64,000 bases of DNA from the human T2T-CHM13v2.0 reference genome, Homo sapiens: NCBI RefSeq assembly GCF_009914755.1, contig NC_060926.1, one strand, 5' to 3'. A model generated the notes under the pieces. It did not search any database. It saw only the letters and a list, made by a program, of their open reading frames with translations, and was not told the origin of the DNA. The translations under genes and the position numbers were made by a program. Of this stretch, positions 55,519-64,000 are shown piece by piece. Numbering within the stretch: position 1 is the first letter of the stretch; each line of letters opens with the position of its first letter.

Positions 55519-57033
55519 TGCACAGCTAAAATAATAGATAATTAACCCTAATGCTAGTTTCATTCATCCATCAGGGTTTGCAAAGTAGTGATATTCTACT
55601 TCTGTCTTCCTTCATTATTTATTAGCAGAAATGTATCTATAAAAAGAAGTGTTCCTTCATTAACTCTTTGGTCATGTTGAGGTACAGTTTGCATAGGAAA
55701 GGCAGGGCAAATGCTTGATTCTTTCCCTTCCTTTCCTCATTTATAAAATAATGAACTGTTTTCCTGGCATCTTTCAACAATGACTAATGAGTTTTTAAAG
55801 TATAATTACAAGTTCATGAGTTTAAACATTTTTTGATGTTCCCATTAACATTATTATCCTTATTGATATTCAGATCTTCCTGTCTTTGTCCAGTGCCAGC
55901 CTATTTGATTTAACTCCTGAGCCCCTTTGGCACTGCCCTAATAATCTTTGACAGCTACTTTGTTCTCTGGCATAAGAAGACATTCCAGAATTACATTAGA
56001 CATTTCCTAACCCAGATTGGACAGCATACACTTCTCTCCAAGAGCCCCTCTTCCTCTTCAAGAGAAATGGTACTTAGAGACCACAGTCTGGGTGTTAGGT
56101 GTGCTTGTGGTTACTGGATTTGTCGTCATTTTTAGGCCTTGTCAGTGGACAGAACTAAGGCTTTTTTTTTTGAAAGACACATTATGAGTACAAATGGATA
56201 CTTTCTATTTAAATTCGGATTTACATAGTTTTTACTTAATCTTATTGATAATATATCTGCATCTCCTTTCTCCCACACCAAAAATCTCAAACAATACCCA
56301 ACATAGTTATTCATTTGTTTTATCCTGTAACACACACAATATTTTCAAAATGACTTTACCAACACTACCATCAACAGTATATAACCACTGAAAATAGTTT
56401 AAAATTATTTTTAGATACTTTTAAAGTCCTTGGGTTGTGTCGACGTACAGACAAAACAGTGTTTTAAAATTATTTGGAAAATGATTACTTAAAATAATGA
56501 AAACTTCTTTTGCCATTCTTTCTTGTTGTCAGGCTATATGGATATACATCCAAATGACTGGATTTTAAAATCACTTGGAAGAGTTTGGTAGGTTCATATT
56601 GTCAACCCATAATGCAAGTCAGTTAGTTTCATTTTGCTTTCAATTTTAAGAATTCCTTTTACAAGTTAATTTAATTAAATTAAGTAATTACACAAACATT
56701 TGACATGAGTCTAAATCCAAATCTAGAAACCAAGATATGGTCACAGAAGTCCGTCCCTATCCCCATCCCATTTCCACCTGTTTCCTACAGGTAACAGTTT
56801 AATTTAAAGCAAATTTTGTGGCTTATCTTTCCATTTGTAAAACATACAGCTGATGGCTCCATCTAAAAACACATCAATTGTCTATATGTACATAAACATG
56901 CTTTTTTTCATTTACAAATACATTCTGGAGATGACCATATGACAGTGTGTAGAAATATTTCTCCCTCCTCTTTGCAAGTGCTCAGTGTCCTGTGGTGTGA
57001 ACACGCTTCATTCAACCTGGGCCCTTGGGAGAG

Positions 57034-57122
57034 ATGCTGAGTGGTTCCCGGGCTGTCCCCACTCCACACCATGGCAGTGAAGAGCTGCTGAAGTACATGC
57101 TTCATAGTCCTTGCGTCTCTCT
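57034..57122 (+). CDS. GPR35: Exon encoding the N-terminal extension of the long GPR35 isoform (GPR35b)
   Basis: ATG CTG AGT GGT.. = MLSGSRAVPTPHHGSEELLKYMLHSPCVS(L); CT|GTGAGT donor, phase 2. Matches the recalled GPR35b extension except at residue 13. Confidence 0.85.
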
Positions 57123-57338
57123 GTGAGTACATTCCTAGAAGTGGGGTTATTGGGTCAAAGAGTAAATGCATCTCTAATTTGGCTAAAGATATTGCCAAAT
57201 CCACCTGCCTGGGGGTTTGTACCACCTTAGAGATCAGTGATCAATGGGTGATATCCGAGGACGTCTTTCTATTGTGGTCAGACTCTTGGATTTTGACCTG
57301 ACTAATGGAGGAGAAATGGTGTTGCAGTGAACTTTTGA

Positions 57339-57406
57339 TTTGTGTTTCTCTTTTTATGATCGTTTTGAGCTTAATTTGTGTTTCTCTTTTTATGATCGTT
57401 TTGAGC
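57339..57406. repeat. Short tandem duplication, 36-bp period
   Basis: TTTGTGTTTCTCTTTTTATGATCGTTTTGAGC occurs twice. Confidence 0.85.
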
Positions 57407-59316
57407 ATCGTTTCGTATCTTTAAGGAGCAATTTACATCTCCTCTGTGAGCGTCTACTCCCATCTCTATCAGCAGGCGTCTTGCCTGGCTCCGGAGGAAG
57501 TGTCTCTGAAGGCTGGTGGTCCCAGGATAGGGCAAAAGAACGGGAGTGAGAACTCTCCACACAGTGCTTCTTCTGGGGTTAAGGACCCTCTGCCTCAGTG
57601 GCTCCTGGGCGTGATTAAACTTGCCATTTCCTGGGCCCATCCTAGACAGGCTGCTGCAAGCCAGCCAGGCCGGGATCCTGCTGCCCCGGGGAGGACGTGG
57701 GGAAAATCCCTGCTGGAGGGACTGCCCCTTCCTTGTCCAGCCACTGGGTGTTTATGGTTCAGTTTAGGGCGGGGATGACAGCACACGACACACACTCCGC
57801 TCTCAAGAGTTACTCCTCCCTCCCCGCCAGACTCCCCCAACCGGAGGTCTCCCCAGAGTGGAGGACCTTCCAGCGGCTGGCAGGCGGCCTCAGGCAGGCA
57901 GTGGGGAGCCTCTGCAGGTTCCCGAGCCAGGAAGTGGCACTTAGGAGTGAGGATCTTAGGAGCGGGGCTCTTGGACAGGAGGGCGAGTGAGTTGGGAGGG
58001 CCTCAAGCGGGGGCCCGATGGCTCTCTCTGCTGAGAAGGGAGGGCCCTAGGGATGGGGACAGAGAGCTGGCAGTTGAAGGGCCAAGGAGCAGGCAGCTTC
58101 CCAGTCACAGAGCCTTGTGCAGAGGAAGGGGAAGGAGTCCGAGAGGGTGGCCCTGCTGTCCAGGGCCAAGAAAAGGGAAAGCCGCTGGAAATAGCAGAAA
58201 CCTGGCTGGGGCAGCACCCAAGGCCCACCCCGAGGCCAGGTGGGGACCCCAGCGGGGCATCTGGCAGCAGTGGGTCCCCAGGAGCAGGCAGTGGGAGCCA
58301 TCAGGGTGAGTGAGCTGGCGGGGGTGGCCCAGGGGCTGGGGTCACCTGCCCTCAGCCCAAGGAGCCTCTTCTGGCCTTTGGTGGCCAGGGCTGGGATCTC
58401 CCTGCTGGTGGCCAGATGCCTCGACACCCCATAGGCTGGGTGAAGGTGGGGCAGGAGTTCCAAGGCGTGGAGACGGCCCCTGAGTGCCCAGGGGCCTCCT
58501 GCTGCAGGTGGGCAGAGCTGGAGGCTCCACTGTGAGGGTGCCTGGTGAAGGGAGGCGTGGGCACGGGGGAGGCAGGGAAGGGCCCTGGGTGCGACTTGCA
58601 GCCCCTCAGACCCTCTCAGGACCCCTCCTGCCCCCATCGTGGTCCTCTCAGGGCCCCTCAGGATCCCTTCCAGACCCCTGGGACCCCGTGTCCCCTGCTC
58701 GTCCTGCGGTGGTGCCCAGCTCCTGCCAAGGGCCCTGCACTTGGGCTGTGGGGACCCCCTGTGGGGATGGGGCCATCACAGGAGGCTGAGCACAGGGCGG
58801 GGTCTTGGCTGGAGGGGACCTTAGGCCACAGGTGCTAGTCTTCTGCAGCCACCCCCCAGGACCCCTGCCCGCTACCTCCTCTGCCCCACAGCTGACAGGC
58901 TTTGCCCTCCCCTGCCCCTCTGTGGCCACACACTCAGTTCTCTATACACTTTTATTATGGAAAACATCAAATACACACAAAAGCAGGGCATCTAGGACAG
59001 AGACCCTGTGTCCTGGTCCCCAGCCCCTCACAGTGACACCGCCAGGCTTTAGGCAAGATCAGTGGGGGAGGGGAGTTTCCCAGCAGGACGTGCACTTCCA
59101 GACCTGGTTCTGTGAAGAGGGGAACAGAAAGTGCTGAGGGTGACAGGGAAACCTCGAGAAGAGGGAGGTGTACTCACATCCTCTCTCGGGGTCCACAACT
59201 GAGCCCCCACACAGAGGACCCCACTGGTCTGCCTGAGCTGCTGGGTGGGCAAGTGAGGCACTGGCCTCGGGGGCACAGCGCTTGAAGGGACACCAGAAAA
59301 ACAGTCATAAAGATAA

Positions 59317-59647
<331 letters not shown>

Positions 59648-59734
59648 AATGTGTTGTTTTAGTAAACCAAAACTATGCAAAGGACGCATGAGGATCCAAG
59701 CGACTCATTTAGGATGGCAGCTTCACTGCAAAAG

Positions 59735-60498
<764 letters not shown>

Positions 60499-60522
60499 TC
60501 CCCTCACAGACTTCCCTTCAAA

Positions 60523-60726
60523 GCAGGGCTGTCCAATCTTTTGGCTTCCCCGGGCCGCATTGGAATAAGAAGAATTGCCTTGGGCCAAACATGAAATACA
60601 CTAACACTCACGATAGCTGATGAGCAAAAAAAGGTCTCTGCGTAAATCTCATAATGTTTTAAGAAAGTTTACAAATTTGTGTTGGGCCACATTCAAAGCC
60701 CGCAGCCCGAGTGTTGGACAAGCTTG
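60523..60726. mobile_element. MER30-like hAT DNA transposon
   Basis: CAGGGCTGTCCAATCTTTTGGCTTCCC..TTGGACAAGCTTG terminal inverted repeats. Confidence 0.8.
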
Positions 60727-61388
60727 CTGCAGAGGCTCCCCTAGATAGGGCTGCAGGGGTGGCGTCCGGCAGCTCTAGCTGGAGAAGCAGGAGGAGGGGC
60801 AGGAAGGAATCCTGTTCGGAGCTCCTCGCGTCACACATACAGCCCAGCGGGGTGAAGTGGGAGGGGCTGGCGCTGCTGCAGGGGGCTAACCTTGGGGGTG
60901 AGGGGGCAGCCTCGGAGAGGAAGCTGCCCAGGAGCAGAGGCTGGGGGCGGAGGGCCCCGGGCAGTGCCCCCGTGCCCACAGCAGGACCCTGGCTGCCAGT
61001 TCTCCGCAGAGGGCCAGGTGGTCTGAAGCTGCCCAGCAGGGAGAGAACAGGCCTGGCCTGGACTGGAAACCTGCCATCTGGCCTCTCGAACCTGGGGACT
61101 CCGGGTGTCCTCGAAGAAGGGCCTGAGCAGCAGCAGAGGACCCCAGGCGACCGTGCCTGAGCCGGGCGCCGACGACGACTGAGCACCTGATACGTCCCCG
61201 GCACTCGCAGCCCCGCGGCAGGAGTCGCTGTGGGTGAGCGGTCGTCGAGCTTCACAGAGGCCGGGCTCTGTGCCAGGGCCCCGACAGGGCAGGAAGCAGA
61301 TAGAGTCCCACAAGCACAAGCCCAGTGCGCAGAAAGGGTTACTTAAAAAATAAGTTCTGTGATAAAATCAAACAGGGTGAAGGGCTGG

Positions 61389-61616
61389 AAACAGGTCGTG
61401 AGGGCGCAAACAGGTCGTGAGGGCGCAAACAGGTCGTGAGGGTGCAAACAGGTCGTGAGGGTGCAAACAGGTCGTGAGGGTGCAAACAGGTCATGAGGGC
61501 GCAAACAGGTCGTGAGGGTGCAAACAGGTCGTGAGGGCGCAAACAGGTCGTGAGGGTGCAAACAGGTCGTGAGGGTGCAAACAGGTCGTGAGGGTGCAAA
61601 CAGGTCGTGAGGGTGC
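61389..61616. repeat. 19-bp minisatellite, 12 copies
   Basis: Unit AAACAGGTCGTGAGGG(T/C)GC. Confidence 0.95.
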
Positions 61617-63399
61617 AGCTTTGGGGAGAGAGGGGCCCTGGGGGTGAGCGGGGAGCTAGGAGAGAAACAGCGCTCTGGAGGGGCCCGGGCAAGGCCTGCC
61701 TGAGTGGGAGGGGGCAGAGCACGAGGGCCCAGGCTCCAGGCTGGGTGGGACTGCCCTGAAGTGCCTGCGGAGACAGCCAAGGGGCAGATGGAGAGAGGTA
61801 GGGGGTGGGCTGGGGACAGCGTTTCCTGTACACAGGTGGAACCTGGTGGCAAGGGGCCCTTCCCAGAGACAGTCAGAGTCTCTAAATGTCCAGTTTCTTC
61901 CCCAAGTCCACACAGCCCAGAAGAATCCGCTGGGACCATGTGGCCCTGCCCAGTGGGGCTTCCCTTTCAGTGTGTGAGGAGCACAGGTGCCAGGCCACGT
62001 CAGGGAGGCCAGGCCTGGTGGGGACGGGGTGCCCCAGGCCACTGCTGGGGAGGAGTGATGCCCAGCAGAGGGGGCACGGTGGAGTTCATGGCTGGCCTGG
62101 TGGTGGGGGGGGTGGGGGAGCTCTGCAGGGCCCTGGCTCTGGTGGGCTGGGTAGGCCTGCTTGGGGCACCATCTGATCTGCCAGAGGTGGAAGGAGCACT
62201 CCTGGGAGATGCCGTGCCCTGCACCTCCAGTCCCTGCTTGACGGCGGCCGGGCTTGGACTGATCAGGTGCCGTGCCTTCTGCTGACCCCAGAGGCCAGAC
62301 CCTGTGGCCAGAGTGAGGGATGGGAGTTGAGATCGGGCGGATGAAAACCCAAATCTGAGCCTCCTGCCCGAGGATGAGGCCCCTCTCCAATGAACATCAT
62401 GGCCCATGGAGACTGGGCAGGGAACCCAAGGGCGCACACTGGGGACTGGGCCTGGAGGGACAGCCGGGGAAGCAGGAGGAAGGGCAGGAAGGACAGCAGG
62501 AGGAAGCAGGAAGAAAGGGACAGGAACCAGGCCCGGGATGACAGCAGAGAAGGACCAATGCCCAGCCAGGGCTTCCTCACGTGCCTCTGGGTAGAGAGCC
62601 CTGGTCTGGCTCAGGAGGCCCAGGCACTGGTCTCAGACCTGCCACCACCTGTGTGACGCTGGGCCAAGCGCTTCCCTTCCCTGGGCGTCCGTTTCCACCG
62701 CTGTAAAGTGGGGAGGGGTGAAACTGAAGCTCTCCCCAGCCTATCCCAGCCGTTGAGGAGGGAGAGGCTGTGGTCAGGGGCTGTGGGGCCCATGTTGAGG
62801 AGACGAGGCTCCTGCCCTCAGGGTGGACAGGGCCCAGGAAGGGGGTGCTCTGCACCATGGGGGCGCAGCCTGGGCCTACGGGCTCCCCCACCATGAGCTC
62901 AGAAGGAAGATGTCCGCTGAGGAGTTGGGGGCCAGGGAGAATATTCTAGACCAGATAGGGGTGGTCTGGGTAGGCTTCTGAGGGGGTGGGCTTGGAGGAG
63001 GGGCCGGTGGCCAAGTCGGGGGGAAGCAGGGGAGGAGCCAGCCTGCCTGCGTGTGCCTCTCACCTGTGTGCATTGGCGTGTGCATGTGTGTGTGCATGTG
63101 TGCCAGCGTGTGTGTGTGTATTGGAAGGCGCCCACGGAGCGTGTCTGCATGAACCAGGATGAGTGTGCGTGCTGCACCCTGTCTTGGGGCTGGGCATGAG
63201 GCGCTGGGGAGGGCGAGCTGACCGCAGACCCTGGGAGGGCTGGGCCCTGGGAAGGTTTCCGAGATGACAGGGCAGAAGTGGGCTGGGGAGGAGGAAGGCT
63301 CCGTGGGCGGGGCTGGAGCGTCTCTGGTTTTGCTGTCTGTCTCTCACGCTGTTTCCAGAACAAATGTGTGCCCTCAGCAAGGATGCTGGCTCTTCAGAG

Positions 63400-63686
63400 G
63401 TGTCAGCACAGGCAGCCGGCACCCCACTTCCCTCCCAGAAATCCCCCACGCCCTCTAGCTGGGGCTGGTGCAGGAGCAGTGGGGAACTCCTGTTACCCCT
63501 GACCTGCTGCCGTCAGTCAGCCGCCCGCCCCCCCACCTTAAGGAGGGGCAGAGTCAGGGACCAGCCCTGAGGGGTGGCTCACCCCAGCTTCACTTCCCCC
63601 AGCCCTTCTCAGACAGCCACTGTGCAGGCTTTGGCAGCGGGGGTCACACACTCCACCCGGGAGGCCAAAGCTGCCTGCAGGTCAGT
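63400..63686 (+). promoter_or_regulatory. GPR35: Candidate proximal GPR35 promoter / non-coding first exon
   Basis: PU.1/ETS-like CACTTCC at 63425 and 63591, GGGGAACT at 63481; donor CAG|GTCAGT at 63681. Assignment is from recalled locus structure. Confidence 0.55.
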
Positions 63687-63724
63687 GCCGCCCACTGCCC
63701 TAGGGGCCTCCCAGCGGGGCAGGG

Positions 63725-64000
63725 GCATGGTGGGGGTCTCAGAGTGGGGCGAGGCTGTGATGGGGGTCTCAGAGCAGGGTGAGGCTATGATGGGGTCTCA
63801 GAGTGGGGTGAGGCTGTGACGGGGGTTCTCAGAGCGAGGTGAGGCTGTGACGGGGTCTCAGAGCGGGGTGAGGCTGTGATGGGGGTCTCAGAGCAGGGTG
63901 AGGCTGTGATGGGGTCTCAGAGTGGGGTGAGGCTGTGATGGGTGTCTCAGAGTGGGGTGAGGCTGTGATGGGTGTCTCAGAGTGGGGTGAGGCTCTGATG
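63725..64000. repeat. ~30-bp G-rich minisatellite, at least 9 copies, running off the window edge
   Basis: Unit GGGGTCTCAGAGTGGGGTGAGGCTGTGATG. Confidence 0.95.

Larger units (their letters stand above)
55540..57470 (-). mobile_element. Ancient LINE-1 3' remnants, including the ORF2 C-terminus
   Basis: Minus-strand ORF 56908-57225 reads LEMHLLFDPITPLLGMYS, similar to L1 ORF2 LELEIPFDPAIPLLGIYP; AT-rich flanks. Confidence 0.7.

Overview
Mammalian, almost certainly human, GC-rich genomic DNA. The gene order matches the RNPEPL1 - CAPN10 - GPR35 locus at chr2q37.3 (locus identity is from recall; exon structures were derived by hand from the sequence). From left to right: (1) an intronless, disabled P4-ATPase (ATP8A2-like) pseudogene on the minus strand, interrupted by two Alus; (2) the complete 11-exon RNPEPL1 CDS (2178 nt, 725 aa, HEXXH-X18-E M1 aminopeptidase); (3) a bidirectional CpG-island promoter; (4) the complete 12-exon CAPN10 CDS (2019 nt, 672 aa, C73/H238/N263 triad, one GC-AG intron); (5) distal exons apparently usable by both a short CAPN10 isoform and long GPR35 transcripts; (6) the exon encoding the GPR35b N-terminal extension; (7) a likely proximal GPR35 first exon. 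The main GPR35 coding exon lies beyond the window. Most notable observations: the GPR35b coding exon sits antisense inside a decayed LINE-1 ORF2 C-terminus; a distal CAPN10 splice acceptor plus stop is triplicated within an MLT1 LTR; there is a ~1 kb degenerate telomere-like array; both complete genes carry uORFs; and several VNTRs are present. No CRISPR, tRNA or rRNA was found. I see no evidence for a wholly new multi-gene system; the novelty here is at the level of exon origin and regulation.
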